A DNA stretch of 64,000 nt from Nanobdellota archaeon (GTDB taxonomy: Archaea > Nanobdellota > Nanobdellia > Pacearchaeales > GW2011-AR1): the NCBI GenBank assembly GCA_038045405.1, contig JBBSYF010000001.1, forward strand, positions 101,175-165,174. Reading direction: 5' to 3'. Below the pieces are notes generated by a model, which was given only the letters and a program-made list of their open reading frames with translations, was not told the DNA's origin and ran no database searches. The position numbers and the translations under genes were made by a program. Positions within the stretch are counted from its first letter, which is position 1. Each line of letters begins with the position of its first letter. Below, in pieces: positions 35,625 to 46,332 of the stretch.

Positions 35625-36494
35625 CTTTTTCTTCTCAATCTCTTTTTCCTTCCTTCCAGATGTAACTGACTTTTCAATTTTTCCAAAGAAAAAGCCCCTA
35701 TGAAAACCAACAAAGTAGCCCATTCTCTTAGTGTAAAATATCCTAACATATGTTGAAAAAAGAAGCAAAGGTGAAAAGACTATTGCAAAAGGTATGGCTA
35801 AATAACTTAAAACCATGGCTAAAAGATACTTTTTTGGAACCTTTCCGTAATACTTAAAGTTGACACCGTCCCAGTGTCCAAAGTTTTTGAACTGATTGTA
35901 TAGCCCCTTGTAAGTACCCCTCATAGCCCTATAACCAATAGCGTCTTTTATCGTAGACGCCTTATATCCTCTGTTGAGTATACGTTCATTGAATAAAGTG
36001 TCCTCGCCACCATAAAAGTCTTCAGGATAACCACCTACCTCTTTCCATATCTTCTTTGATAAAATGATATTTCTTGAAGAACCATAGTTCCCATTTTTTG
36101 TAAGACTTTTACCCATTATTTTTTCGAATCTGTTCTTTGCAAGAGGAAAAGTCCTTCCAAACCCAATTTGCCCGTTAAATCCTGCAACCATATTTTTTAT
36201 CCAATCCTTGTGGTAAACACAACCTCCACCGTCCGCCCCAATAACAGTATCATTTTTAGCGTTTTTTATTGCAATGTTTCTACCTTCTGCAATGTTACAC
36301 TTTTCAGTTTCAATGATCTTTAATATTTTGTAAGTTTTTTTATAATCTTTTAGAATTTTTGTCGTGTTATCTGTAGAACCCCCATCCACAATCACAAACT
36401 CATCAGGCTGTATGGTTTGTGCTTTAATAGAATCTAACAAACCTTTGATGTTCTCCTCCTCGTTCCAGACTGTGCAGATAAGACTAACCTTCAT
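35619..36494 (-). CDS. GT2 family glycosyltransferase
   Basis: VSLICTVWNEE, IVDGGSTDNT, GRNIAI, GGYPE..GEDT; start corrected to ATG 36494. Confidence 0.9.
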   Translation of the reverse strand: MKVSLICTVWNEEENIKGLLDSIKAQTIQPDEFVIVDGGSTDNTTKILKDYKKTYKILKIIETEKCNIAEGRNIAIKNAKNDTVIGADGGGCVYHKDWIKNMVAGFNGQIGFGRTFPLAKNRFEKIMGKSLTKNGNYGSSRNIILSKKIWKEVGGYPEDFYGGEDTLFNERILNRGYKASTIKDAIGYRAMRGTYKGLYNQFKNFGHWDGVNFKYYGKVPKKYLLAMVLSYLAIPFAIVFSPLLLFSTYVRIFYTKRMGYFVGFHRGFFFGKIEKSVTSGRKEKEIEKKKL

Positions 36495-36597
36495 AAAAAG
36501 GCCAGACAAAGACATTTTAAAAGGTTTATGTAAATAAAAGTCACAATTAAGAATAAATTTATATAAGGTACTTAACAAAGATTTTTACTCGAAGAAA

Positions 36598-37419
36598 ATG
36601 AATCTAAAAAATAAACTAAGAATAATCACTCTAAAAGTCTTGGGTCCAGAGAACGTTGATAAAATAAGATATCTCAAGTTTTCATACAAGTTTAACAAAT
36701 TTGTTAAGTACAAAGACAAGAACGTTTTTATTAAAAAATTCTCAGACTTTTACGAACCTGAGATGAGCATCATTCCTAAGATACTTCCTACTCCTGAGGT
36801 TATCGTAGACGTTGGAGCAAATTATGGGACTTACTCATTTTTCTTATCAAGATTATATCCAAAATCCCAGATTTTCGCATTTGAACCCTCAACGAGAACT
36901 TTTAATATACTAAGAAAAATAATTAAAAAATTTAACTTAAAAAATGTTATTCCAATAAAAAAAGGACTAGGAAGCAAAGAAGAAAAGAAAAAAATAGTAA
37001 TGCCGGCACATTATACTATTCTGGCCTATATCTCTGAAGATAACAAAAAAAAGAAAAGTAACGACTTAGTTGAAGATATAGACATCACAACTCTAGACGA
37101 CTTTGTCAAAAGAAACAATCTAAAAAAAATTGACTTTATCAAATGTGATGTGGAAGGTTTTGAATTTGAAGTCTTTAAAGGTGCGAAAAATACACTTAAA
37201 AAATTTAAGCCTATGGTGTTGGTTGAAATTGAAGAAAGACACACTCTCAAATATGGGCTAAACCCTAATGATGTTCTAAAATTCTTTAAGAAATTGGGCT
37301 ACACGTGTTATTCTATAAAAAGTGAAGACATAAAAATCACTGATAAAGTAAATAAAGAAATTCCTCTATACGTTTTTTCGTATAAAAAATTAAAAATCCC
37401 AGTTTCACAATCCTTTTAA
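36598..37419 (+). CDS. FkbM family methyltransferase
   Basis: VDVGANYG, AFEP, TLDDF, IKCDVEGFE. Confidence 0.92.
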   Translation: MNLKNKLRIITLKVLGPENVDKIRYLKFSYKFNKFVKYKDKNVFIKKFSDFYEPEMSIIPKILPTPEVIVDVGANYGTYSFFLSRLYPKSQIFAFEPSTRTFNILRKIIKKFNLKNVIPIKKGLGSKEEKKKIVMPAHYTILAYISEDNKKKKSNDLVEDIDITTLDDFVKRNNLKKIDFIKCDVEGFEFEVFKGAKNTLKKFKPMVLVEIEERHTLKYGLNPNDVLKFFKKLGYTCYSIKSEDIKITDKVNKEIPLYVFSYKKLKIPVSQSF

Positions 37420-37435
37420 ATAGTTCTAGCGTTTT

Positions 37436-38560
37436 TTGTCTATGAGGGAAAAGAGAAAAGCCGGAAAACTGGACATATTCTTCAATCCAGGAGTCCACCC
37501 CCAGTTTGCAGAAATTTTCAATTATCCTCCAAATGGGGTTAAATACCATTACTCAATGCCTAGTGGAGATCATAATTCTGAATTTACGCGGAAAAAGAGG
37601 TTAGTAATAGTTCAGACCCACAAACTTGGATTACCAAGAATTTCTCAAGTTAAAAATACCGAAAAATATGATTTGATATATTCTACAAGAGGAATACTTC
37701 CTCTAAATAGAAAACCTTGGATAGTAGACATTGAATCTGGAGCAGCCTTTGCGGGATTGAATTGGAATAATCTAAAGAACCCCATAATGCAAAAGATAAT
37801 CAAAAGATTTCTTTCCTCTAAATATTGCAAGAAAATCTTGCCCCAAAGTGACGCAGCAAAAAAAAGTCTATTAGAAAATATTGATTGTTCTGGCTTCAAA
37901 GATAAGATAGAAACAGTCTACTTGGCTTATCACACTACAAAGCTTAAAAGAAAACATTCGGATACTGTCAGAATTTCTTTTATAGGTCGTGGATTTTATG
38001 AAAAAGGCGGCAATGATTTACAGGAAGCATTTAAGATACTTAACAAGAAATATAAAATAAGTTTAAAATATAAGGGAATTGTGCCTGAAGACAAAAAATT
38101 AAAATTACCAAATGTTCATTACCTTGAGAACATTTCCGACCCTAAAAAATTTTATGAAGCAATTTTCGGAGATTGTGATATTTATGTTCAACCGACGACA
38201 GTTGACAGTTATGGGGTTTCCATACTTGAAGCAATGTCAACGGGATTGCCCATTGTTTGTACCGATGATTTCACTTTGCCAGAGCTTGTTGAAGACGGAT
38301 ATAATGGCTTTTTAGTGAAAAGTCCTATCCATTGGTACGACTACAGATTTGATTTGGACAAATATGTTGAAGATGTTAAAAAGCCACACCCCGAAACAGT
38401 AAAAGAACTTGTAGAAAAAATTTCTATCTTAATAGAAAACAAAAAATTAAGAGAATCGATGGGAAAAAACAGTTTCAAACTTGTAGAGTCTGGAAAGTTT
38501 TCAATAAAAGAAAGAAACAAAAAACTACTGAAAATTTACAATGAAGCAGTAGAAGATTGA
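37436..38560 (+). CDS. GT4 family glycosyltransferase
   Basis: FIGRGFYEKG, DSYGVSILEAMSTGLP, ELVEDGYNGFL. Confidence 0.9.
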   Translation: MSMREKRKAGKLDIFFNPGVHPQFAEIFNYPPNGVKYHYSMPSGDHNSEFTRKKRLVIVQTHKLGLPRISQVKNTEKYDLIYSTRGILPLNRKPWIVDIESGAAFAGLNWNNLKNPIMQKIIKRFLSSKYCKKILPQSDAAKKSLLENIDCSGFKDKIETVYLAYHTTKLKRKHSDTVRISFIGRGFYEKGGNDLQEAFKILNKKYKISLKYKGIVPEDKKLKLPNVHYLENISDPKKFYEAIFGDCDIYVQPTTVDSYGVSILEAMSTGLPIVCTDDFTLPELVEDGYNGFLVKSPIHWYDYRFDLDKYVEDVKKPHPETVKELVEKISILIENKKLRESMGKNSFKLVESGKFSIKERNKKLLKIYNEAVED

Positions 38561-39501
38561 TTCTGTTTTAAATAGTCAACAAATTTGATTATTCCTTCTT
38601 GAATTGTTATTGTCTCAATTCCTAACAAACTTTTCATTAAAGTTGTATCTGCTTTAAGATTGTCCACATAATTTTTATCTTTTGGAATGAATACGGGATC
38701 TGCTCCCGAACCGACAGAACTCTTGACAAGACTCAATAATTCTTTAAAAGAGATGTCTCTTCCCGTTCCAACATTTATTACACCACGATAATCTATCTCT
38801 GCTGCTCTTACTGCTGCTTTAACTATATCCTCAACATAGATGAAGTCCCTCGTTTGTCCACCGTCGCCCCAAACTTCAGGTGCTTTTCCATTCATGTAAT
38901 CTCTTATGAACATATACAAAACACTTCCAAACTCTTTTTTCCATTCTTCTCCAGGACCATAACCTCCAAATACTCTTAAACCGACGCAATTGACGAAATC
39001 TGAGTAAGAACTAGCAAGACCTTCACATGCCACTTTTGAAGCTGCATAAAGGTTTCGTGGCTTAACATTAATATTCTCATGATGGGGCATCTCGTTTCCA
39101 GCATAATTGCTTCCAGAAGAAGGATAAACAACTCTCTTTACATTATTCATCTTAGCAAACTCTAGAACATTCCAAAATCCAAAAACTGTTTCATTGTAAC
39201 ATTTTTCTGGACTTTCTTTAAACAAAGTTATGGATGATGGGGCTGCGAAATGAAAAATGTACTCAATATCTTTTGGAACTTTTTCCCAAGTTTCTTTTCT
39301 TGACACATCTCCCCATATAACTTTAACTTTATCGAGAAGAGGTGTAAGTTTGTTCCGTGCCATATCAAAGTTAATGTATGAAAAGTTGTCTATAGAATAT
39401 ACTTCTGCCCCTCTGTCTAATAACTCTTTTCCTAAGTTTGAGCCTATAAATCCCGTTATCCCATTCACTAGAACTTTTTTGCCTCTCCAATCCATAATCA
39501 A
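38536..39501 (-). CDS. NAD-dependent nucleotide-sugar epimerase/dehydratase
   Basis: GITGFIGS, YAASK, GDGGQTRDFIYVED, NVGTG. Confidence 0.92.
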   Translation of the reverse strand: MIMDWRGKKVLVNGITGFIGSNLGKELLDRGAEVYSIDNFSYINFDMARNKLTPLLDKVKVIWGDVSRKETWEKVPKDIEYIFHFAAPSSITLFKESPEKCYNETVFGFWNVLEFAKMNNVKRVVYPSSGSNYAGNEMPHHENINVKPRNLYAASKVACEGLASSYSDFVNCVGLRVFGGYGPGEEWKKEFGSVLYMFIRDYMNGKAPEVWGDGGQTRDFIYVEDIVKAAVRAAEIDYRGVINVGTGRDISFKELLSLVKSSVGSGADPVFIPKDKNYVDNLKADTTLMKSLLGIETITIQEGIIKFVDYLKQNQSSTASL

Positions 39502-39539
39502 AAATGTTGAAAATTCTTTTTAAGCTTTATGCAACGAGA

Positions 39540-40688
39540 TTATATATTTGTATTCTCATCAGGAATTAGTAAAGAAACAATTTTCTTGCTAACACCTCTT
39601 TCCCCATACGGATTTTTGAACATCGTAGGCTTTATTTTGTTACTTTCAATGTCTTCTATAACTTTTTTTGCATAATTTACATTTAGATTAGTCAAAAAGT
39701 TAATTCCCGTCGACAAACCCTCCTGCCTTTCTGTTTTTTTTCTGAGAATTATGCATGGTTTTTTGAAAACCAGACTTTCTTCTTGTATTGATCCTCCATC
39801 AGCAATAAGATATTTGCAATTTGCAAGTAAGAAAATGAAATCCTCATAATCAATTAAAGAAATTACTTCAATATTCTTCATACTTTTTACCTCTCCAACT
39901 AAACCAAACTTCTCTATAAAGCGCGCAGTATTTGCATGTAAGGGCCATATGCCATTAGTTTTTACAGCCTTTAGTATTTCTATTATCTTTACTAATCTTT
40001 TTTTGTTGTTAATGTTCTCGTGTCTGTGGATGTTAATAAGAGCATAACCAGAAACTTTTTTTCTTTTTTTCTTTTTTGAGTTTTGATAAGCAATCAATGA
40101 AGAGTCTACTATAGTGTTTCCTATCTTCACAATTTTTCCTCTAAGTCCCTGTTTTATCAAATTTTGTTCTGAAAAATCTGAAACCGCAAGTAAAATATCT
40201 GAGAATCTATCACTAATCTGCCTTGAAATTTCTTCTGGAAAAGGTTCTAACAAACTTCCAGAACGCAAACCCGCCTCGAGATGTACATTTTTCCATTTCT
40301 TCTTAGAATTTAGGGGTTTGCTTGAACCTATTGATGCTGCGGCAGTACTCATAGTGTCTCCATGATAAATTACATACCTCGGCCCTAGTTTTCTAATTAA
40401 AGTTCTTATCTTGAATATCATTCCAAGAAACCAAACCAAAGAATTTCTATTAACTTTAGACCAAAATTTAGTGCTTCGCTCAGGTTCCTTGCTCAGTACA
40501 AAATCTGGTTTTTTGATTCCGAAATCTTCACACGCTTTTCCCAAAGAATGTTGTCCAGTATGGATAAACCAATACTCTTTTCTCTGATTCTGAAGCTCAA
40601 GCATTACAGGCATACATTTGATAAGTTCTGCTTTGGTTCCAATGACAATTGCTATTCCAGAATGCCCTCTATCCATGAGATTAATCAC
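39540..40688 (-). CDS. wecB: UDP-N-acetylglucosamine 2-epimerase
   Basis: GTKAELIK, HTGQH, GDT, HLEAGLRS, PFPEE, HRHEN, DGGSIQEE, ERQE; start probably ATG near 40676. Confidence 0.9.
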   Translation of the reverse strand: MINLMDRGHSGIAIVIGTKAELIKCMPVMLELQNQRKEYWFIHTGQHSLGKACEDFGIKKPDFVLSKEPERSTKFWSKVNRNSLVWFLGMIFKIRTLIRKLGPRYVIYHGDTMSTAAASIGSSKPLNSKKKWKNVHLEAGLRSGSLLEPFPEEISRQISDRFSDILLAVSDFSEQNLIKQGLRGKIVKIGNTIVDSSLIAYQNSKKKKRKKVSGYALINIHRHENINNKKRLVKIIEILKAVKTNGIWPLHANTARFIEKFGLVGEVKSMKNIEVISLIDYEDFIFLLANCKYLIADGGSIQEESLVFKKPCIILRKKTERQEGLSTGINFLTNLNVNYAKKVIEDIESNKIKPTMFKNPYGERGVSKKIVSLLIPDENTNI

Positions 40689-40722
40689 AAAAACTCTGTT
40701 TTAAATATTATGTAACTGAAAA

Positions 40723-43428
40723 CTATGCTATAAACTGCAATGTATCGAACTCTGCATATTCGCCAGATCTTCTTAAGAACTCATCCCTTACTAAAATGTT
40801 ATTAGGATAATCAACTTTCCAAATTTGTATTGGACCTCTGAAACCGTTGATATACGCCATGTTGCCTAAATTTGCACCTTGTTTGTTTAAGCTGTCAAGG
40901 GTTAGATCTGGTTGGGAATGAGCTACACTCACTGTTCCATATTCTTTCAAAGGATCATTAAGCAAGTACAATTGGGCAAACAACCCTTTTGAGACTCTTG
41001 GAGACAAATAAATAATTGCCCCTGCTCCGTCGATTTGAACACCTTGCCCATCCTGAGAAACGGAAGGAATTATTTTTATCACCGCGTCTAATCCGCTACC
41101 AAAATCAGAAAACTTATTTTCATAATACAAGTATCTTATTGGAATATTTGTTTGTTTTTGATTGTACACAAAAACAGCTTGTGGTTGTTTGAAAGAATTG
41201 GAGTTATTACTTCTTACAACCTCGATTACAGTCCCTATAACTACTGCTCTGTCTGAAGGTAAAAACACCTCTCCATCACCAGTGTTATACACAATATCTT
41301 GATCCACAGGTGCCCCTCCCTGATAGATCCTCATTTCACCAGTGCTTGTTTCTCTTATCTGTGAAGGGTTGAATAACATAATCGGAATTTGAGCAAATCT
41401 ATCTCCTCCTGCTCCATCGCCACCGATACTACTGTATGCTGGATATTTGCCTAAATCGGATGGATCTATTAACAGGTAAGATACGTTGTGTGTTTTCATG
41501 AAACTAAGTGCGGCATCCGGATTTGGCGTTGTTAGTAAGTACCTTCCTATTAAATGGTCCCAGTAAGTTACTTCGTGGCCTCCGTCAGTTACTGTGGGTC
41601 TTTTTCCAATTGTTTGTACCCAATAACCATAATCCCACCAATGAACAAACATACTTTGTTCAGCAGTATTTTCCCTTACCCATGCCATGGCCATTTGCCA
41701 CTGAACTGTGTCCGAACCTGGAATTGTGTACTTTACTGCACCAGAAGTGGCAGCCTCGTAATTTTTAAAAATTAAGCCAGTATAAAAAAGGCTGACTAAA
41801 ATTAATATCAACAAAAAAAGTTTCAAGAGGTCATCTTTTGATTTGATTCTGTAACTCATCAAAGCCAGAGGAAGGAAGGCCATAGGTATTATAAAAACTG
41901 GTGAAGATATCACAAGCAATCTTATTGCTCCTCTTGAAGCTACAATCATCAGAACAGTGAGAAGTAATACAAAAATATAAGAAAATTCTATTTCTTTAAA
42001 TCTTTCAAGCTTACCCTCACTTTTTAAGTTTTTTACATAAACATAAATTATTGAAGCAGAGAAAACAATCATTGCACTAAAATAAACAATCTGACTTACG
42101 GGATGAACACCATTGAACAGATTACTTTCTGGAGAGTATCTTGAAAAAATCAAACCAATCACGAAGGCAATAAAAGATGTAATTAATACTATCTTGTCTC
42201 TCTTCTCCAAACTTTTTACTGCTTCACAAAATAAGAATATTAATCCGAAGAAAAACATCCAGAAAAAACTAACACCAAAACTAGAAAAAATGTCTACGAC
42301 ATACAATGGTTTATTTTCAGCAACCGTTAGTCCTACTCTACTTCTTCCAAAAGGATAAAGAAGGTGCTCCTTTAAGTCAACTAAAATTCCAATAAGAAGG
42401 CTTGGTTTTAGAAAAACAAGGACTATGAATCCTCCCAATATAACCAACACAAGTGAGATTATTTCTTTGTTTATCCAGTCTTTTTTAAAAGTTCTTTTGA
42501 CTCTGTTCAAAATTCCCTCATTAATTAAAATGTTTACAATTAATACTAAAAACACAAACAAAGCTATTGTTGCATGAGTCACGTCTAAAGCAGCTACTTT
42601 AAATCCAACTTTCATTCCCAGGAATAAAAAAGAAGGGACAAACCACAAGGAGTAAATTATTGTTTCTTTTTTATTTACCTTTCCTAATAAAAAAGCAATC
42701 ATAACTGCCAGAGGCAGCGCGTAGAATATGAACCGAAATCCACCCCATGTGAAGGTCATTAATGCTGTTGAAATTCCGGAAGCAAGAGCTAACAGATATC
42801 CTCTATGTACATTGAGAATCTTTTTGTCATCATGCCATGCTTTCAAGAAAAAGAAAAAAGAGAGCCAAAAGAAAAATAATCCTGCACTCTCTAATTCGGG
42901 TATTCCAGCAGTTGTTCTATGTTGCATTAAAGGTAAAACAGAGTAAATGACCGTTGCAATAACTGCTATGGCACTTTTCTGAAACTCTTCTTTCTTAGGG
43001 AATAGTTCTCTTACAAAGAAGAAGAATACAATGATACTCAATCCAAAAAAGATTACCGGAAAAATTATTGCTGCATATTCCAATGAAACATCTTTTTGAA
43101 ACAAATTTAAAAGTTTGTAGAGGTATGCGATTCCATAAGGTAAAAAGTTGTAGTAAGGTTTTGCCCCGTGATAACGCATGTAATCTGGATTAAGAATTTT
43201 TCCATGATCGATTATTTCGTAAGCTGTTCTTAGATAAAGGAATGGGTCTAAATCTGGTCCAAGAGTATAACCTCCAGTAGTGACGTCTTTGAGCTGAGGT
43301 ATATTCGTTGTTCTTATGTACGTTCCAAGAATCAAAATCACCAGCAGTAAACCCAAAGCTATGTAAAACCATCTTTTGCTACCTTGCCAATTCTCTTTAA
43401 ATTTGAAACTGATAGAATCTTCACTCAT
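40723..43428 (-). CDS. aglB: archaeal oligosaccharyltransferase (STT3)
   Basis: DLDPFLYLR, TVAE, WWDYG motif, many TMs; start corrected to ATG 43428. Confidence 0.95.
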   Translation of the reverse strand: MSEDSISFKFKENWQGSKRWFYIALGLLLVILILGTYIRTTNIPQLKDVTTGGYTLGPDLDPFLYLRTAYEIIDHGKILNPDYMRYHGAKPYYNFLPYGIAYLYKLLNLFQKDVSLEYAAIIFPVIFFGLSIIVFFFFVRELFPKKEEFQKSAIAVIATVIYSVLPLMQHRTTAGIPELESAGLFFFWLSFFFFLKAWHDDKKILNVHRGYLLALASGISTALMTFTWGGFRFIFYALPLAVMIAFLLGKVNKKETIIYSLWFVPSFLFLGMKVGFKVAALDVTHATIALFVFLVLIVNILINEGILNRVKRTFKKDWINKEIISLVLVILGGFIVLVFLKPSLLIGILVDLKEHLLYPFGRSRVGLTVAENKPLYVVDIFSSFGVSFFWMFFFGLIFLFCEAVKSLEKRDKIVLITSFIAFVIGLIFSRYSPESNLFNGVHPVSQIVYFSAMIVFSASIIYVYVKNLKSEGKLERFKEIEFSYIFVLLLTVLMIVASRGAIRLLVISSPVFIIPMAFLPLALMSYRIKSKDDLLKLFLLILILVSLFYTGLIFKNYEAATSGAVKYTIPGSDTVQWQMAMAWVRENTAEQSMFVHWWDYGYWVQTIGKRPTVTDGGHEVTYWDHLIGRYLLTTPNPDAALSFMKTHNVSYLLIDPSDLGKYPAYSSIGGDGAGGDRFAQIPIMLFNPSQIRETSTGEMRIYQGGAPVDQDIVYNTGDGEVFLPSDRAVVIGTVIEVVRSNNSNSFKQPQAVFVYNQKQTNIPIRYLYYENKFSDFGSGLDAVIKIIPSVSQDGQGVQIDGAGAIIYLSPRVSKGLFAQLYLLNDPLKEYGTVSVAHSQPDLTLDSLNKQGANLGNMAYINGFRGPIQIWKVDYPNNILVRDEFLRRSGEYAEFDTLQFIA

Positions 43429-43519
43429 TTTCTTAGATTCCCAAGGAAAAATCCCTTTAAAATCTTTGTCTATTGAATGATTAATGGCCAACAAAACACA
43501 AATTTTTAGTCAAAGGAAT

Positions 43520-44530
43520 TCAAAGAAATACGAAAAAAGCAATAATTATAAGTAAAATCTGGAAACAATGAATTAAGTAAACAACATCATTTTCATAAAC
43601 TTTCTTGCTTGGTTTAAATTTTTTAAGAAGGTAAATTGCGAGATGTTCTAATCCGTATATTTTCTTGTAAGGCATTTCCAAGCTTCCATCTTTATTCGGC
43701 TTAGCGAATGATTGCTTTTCCAATCCTCCTCTTAACTTTAAAACTGTTTCAAGAACATAAGGTATGAAAATAAACATTGCTATCTTTTCTAGATTTCCGA
43801 GTATAGCCATCCCCGCAATGAGTGCTCCGATTGCCCATGTAAGAGAATCGCCTGGGAAAACTTTTGCAGGATTTTTGTTATAAAACCAAAAACCAATTAA
43901 TGCAGAAACCATAATCAATCCAACCACTGCCAACCAAGACGAACCTGTTATATATGCAACAAAAGACAAGAAACTAAGAATTAAAATCCCCTGGCCAGCT
44001 TCAAGCCCATTGTACCCTGCTAAAAAGTTGTAAGTTGTTGTCGCACCAACTATTCCAATAGGAATTACAAGCAGAGGGTAAAAAATCCCCAAGTCTATTT
44101 GTCCTAAAAAAGGGAAATTCATTGTTGAGCTTCCAGCATTAATAACAACTAAAGGAACAGAAGCTATAAACGCCAAAATAATTCTTGTCCTCTTAGACAA
44201 CCCCTTGTTCCTCCAACCTAACAAGTCGTCAATAATTCCAACAATACATAAGATGAGCACAACGCTTAGCAAAGCAAAAATTTCAAGGCTTACACCATTC
44301 TGATTTTTTAGTAAAAATGTTCTTATTGCAATGTAATACAAAACTCCGACGACAAATGCAATTACAACAACTATACCTCCAGAACCACCAACATTTTTTG
44401 GTTTATTTGGTTTGTTCATATCCTCCCAAACAAGCCCCACTCTTTTCATTTTTTTAATCCAAAAGGGCATAGTAAAAAATGTTAGGAGAAAACTTATCAC
44501 TAAAGCGATTAAAATCAAGACCTCAACCAT
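43520..44530 (-). CDS. aglH: polyprenyl-phosphate GlcNAc-1-phosphate transferase (MraY/GPT family)
   Basis: EDMNK, GIIDD, NFLAGYNGLEAG, NKNPAKVFPGDS. Confidence 0.88.
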   Translation of the reverse strand: MVEVLILIALVISFLLTFFTMPFWIKKMKRVGLVWEDMNKPNKPKNVGGSGGIVVVIAFVVGVLYYIAIRTFLLKNQNGVSLEIFALLSVVLILCIVGIIDDLLGWRNKGLSKRTRIILAFIASVPLVVINAGSSTMNFPFLGQIDLGIFYPLLVIPIGIVGATTTYNFLAGYNGLEAGQGILILSFLSFVAYITGSSWLAVVGLIMVSALIGFWFYNKNPAKVFPGDSLTWAIGALIAGMAILGNLEKIAMFIFIPYVLETVLKLRGGLEKQSFAKPNKDGSLEMPYKKIYGLEHLAIYLLKKFKPSKKVYENDVVYLIHCFQILLIIIAFFVFL

Positions 44531-44603
44531 AGGTGGATTAGTCTTTTTTTGTTTTTAAATCTTATAGAACTTGATTTCATGAAAACGAACTAACTTTTAA
44601 AAA

Positions 44604-45455
44604 TCAACTAAAAATCAGTGGAGTAAAATAAACTTCCATTATTGCAGCAGCAATAAGAATTGCAAGAGCTATGAAAAGAAGCACAACTGTGTTTTCAACA
44701 ACGTGTACAAACCTATCACTCTTAAATCCGTTTCGTACAACTCCAACACCAAAAATCCCTCCTGCTAAAGCGGCAATAAAATATGCCGCTACTTCTGGGA
44801 AGCCATGAACCATGTACCTCAAGACTCCTAAAGGTATGTCTGCTATAGAATTCTGAGCAAAAATGCTTATTGCGGCAGCAATGACGCTTGCATTCCATGC
44901 AAGGACAAAAATAGCCCCGGCCCCGAAAATTAGCGATAAGATTAAAGTAAATATCATCACATAAACATTGTTCTCAATTATTGAAAGTAACCTAATCTCT
45001 TTTACAGCCGCCCCCGTAGCTTTATTAAAACTGTAACTATCAACACACTTGTCCAAGTCTCCAGGGCTGTTTATTCTACAAAAAGTTTCTATTTGTGCGT
45101 TAAAGAGGTTGGAGTCTTGTAAAACTATGTACCAAAAAGAGAAAGCGATGATGAAACCCAAAAAAAGCCATAAAAAAGAGTAAATTGCATCTTTGTGAAT
45201 TCTCCACACACCAAAAAATCCAAACACTTCTTCATCTTCGGCTTCTTCTTCGGTTATTACAAAGTACATAAATGGAAGGGTTAGCATAACACAAAAAGTA
45301 ACAACAATCATTCCAGAGTACTGTGACAAAACAACATCTCCAGCAAAGAACCACTTTACTAAAATTAAAGAAAGAGAGGCATAGAGAATTCCTATGAAAA
45401 GCATTTTCCAAGGTCCCTTCTCCAATCTTCTCGGGTTAAACATACTCTCTATCAT
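44604..45455 (-). CDS. SpoIIM/DUF95 family membrane protein
   Basis: IIENN, LAWNASVI, HGFPEVAAY, AAIMEVYFTP. Confidence 0.85.
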   Translation of the reverse strand: MIESMFNPRRLEKGPWKMLFIGILYASLSLILVKWFFAGDVVLSQYSGMIVVTFCVMLTLPFMYFVITEEEAEDEEVFGFFGVWRIHKDAIYSFLWLFLGFIIAFSFWYIVLQDSNLFNAQIETFCRINSPGDLDKCVDSYSFNKATGAAVKEIRLLSIIENNVYVMIFTLILSLIFGAGAIFVLAWNASVIAAAISIFAQNSIADIPLGVLRYMVHGFPEVAAYFIAALAGGIFGVGVVRNGFKSDRFVHVVENTVVLLFIALAILIAAAIMEVYFTPLIFS

Positions 45456-45505
45456 TATATCAATAAAAAAAGAGAATTTTTAAACTTTCTCCAATTGTCA
45501 CTATC

Positions 45506-46327
45506 ATGAGTAATCAAAAAAAATTCGACAAAATCGTTTCTGACATAAAAAAGATAAAAATTCAGGGAGCTAGAAATGTAGCAAAATCTGCCCTTAACGC
45601 TTATTTTTTAATTCCCTCACAAAAATCCAAAGATATTTTATTAAAATCCCGTCCAACAGAACCCATGATGAAAAACGTTTTAGATATGACAAAAAAGTAT
45701 TCACAAGGAAAAATACTAAAACACTTTGATGAATCTAGACAAAAAATAAATGAGCACATTTTCAAGTTAATAAAGAACGGCGACGTGATTTTTACTCATT
45801 GTCATTCTACCAGTGTTAGCGATGCTCTTGTATATGCAAAGAAAAAAGGGAGAAAATTTGAAGTTTATAATACTGAAACCCGCCCATTGTATCAGGGAAG
45901 AAAAACTGCTCAAGAGTTAGGAAAAGCAGGAATTAAAGTCACAATTTTTACAGATTCTGCTTTCGAAATTGCCTTACTAAAAACTCAAGACACAAAAAAA
46001 GTGGACAAAGTTTTGATTGGGGCTGATGCTCTAATAAGCAGAGGTGTAATAAACAAAATAGGAAGTGGTATGATTTCTGAAATTGCTTATCATCACAAAA
46101 TCCCAGTTTATATTGTCTCAGACTCTTGGAAGTACACTTCAAAAAAAGTTCCTTTAGAACAAAGAAACATAAATGAGATATGGAATAACGCCCCAAAAAA
46201 TGTCAAAATAAAAAACCCTGCTTTTGAATTTGTACAAAAAAAATACATCAAAGCAGTCGTCTCTGAACTTGGAATTTTGAGTTATGATAATTTCTTGAAA
46301 AAAGTTTCAAAAACTAGTAAGAATTAA
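45506..46327 (+). CDS. ribose-1,5-bisphosphate isomerase (eIF-2B family)
   Basis: IKIQGARNVA, RPTEP, FTHCHS, ETRPLYQG, GADA, NKIGS, NPAFE. Confidence 0.85.
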   Translation: MSNQKKFDKIVSDIKKIKIQGARNVAKSALNAYFLIPSQKSKDILLKSRPTEPMMKNVLDMTKKYSQGKILKHFDESRQKINEHIFKLIKNGDVIFTHCHSTSVSDALVYAKKKGRKFEVYNTETRPLYQGRKTAQELGKAGIKVTIFTDSAFEIALLKTQDTKKVDKVLIGADALISRGVINKIGSGMISEIAYHHKIPVYIVSDSWKYTSKKVPLEQRNINEIWNNAPKNVKIKNPAFEFVQKKYIKAVVSELGILSYDNFLKKVSKTSKN

Positions 46328-46332
46328 TCGTT

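Noticed and set aside
45506..46327. Translation factor eIF-2B subunit or a second MtnA
   Set aside because: IQGA, RPTEP and THCHS motifs fit ribose-1,5-bisphosphate isomerase better.
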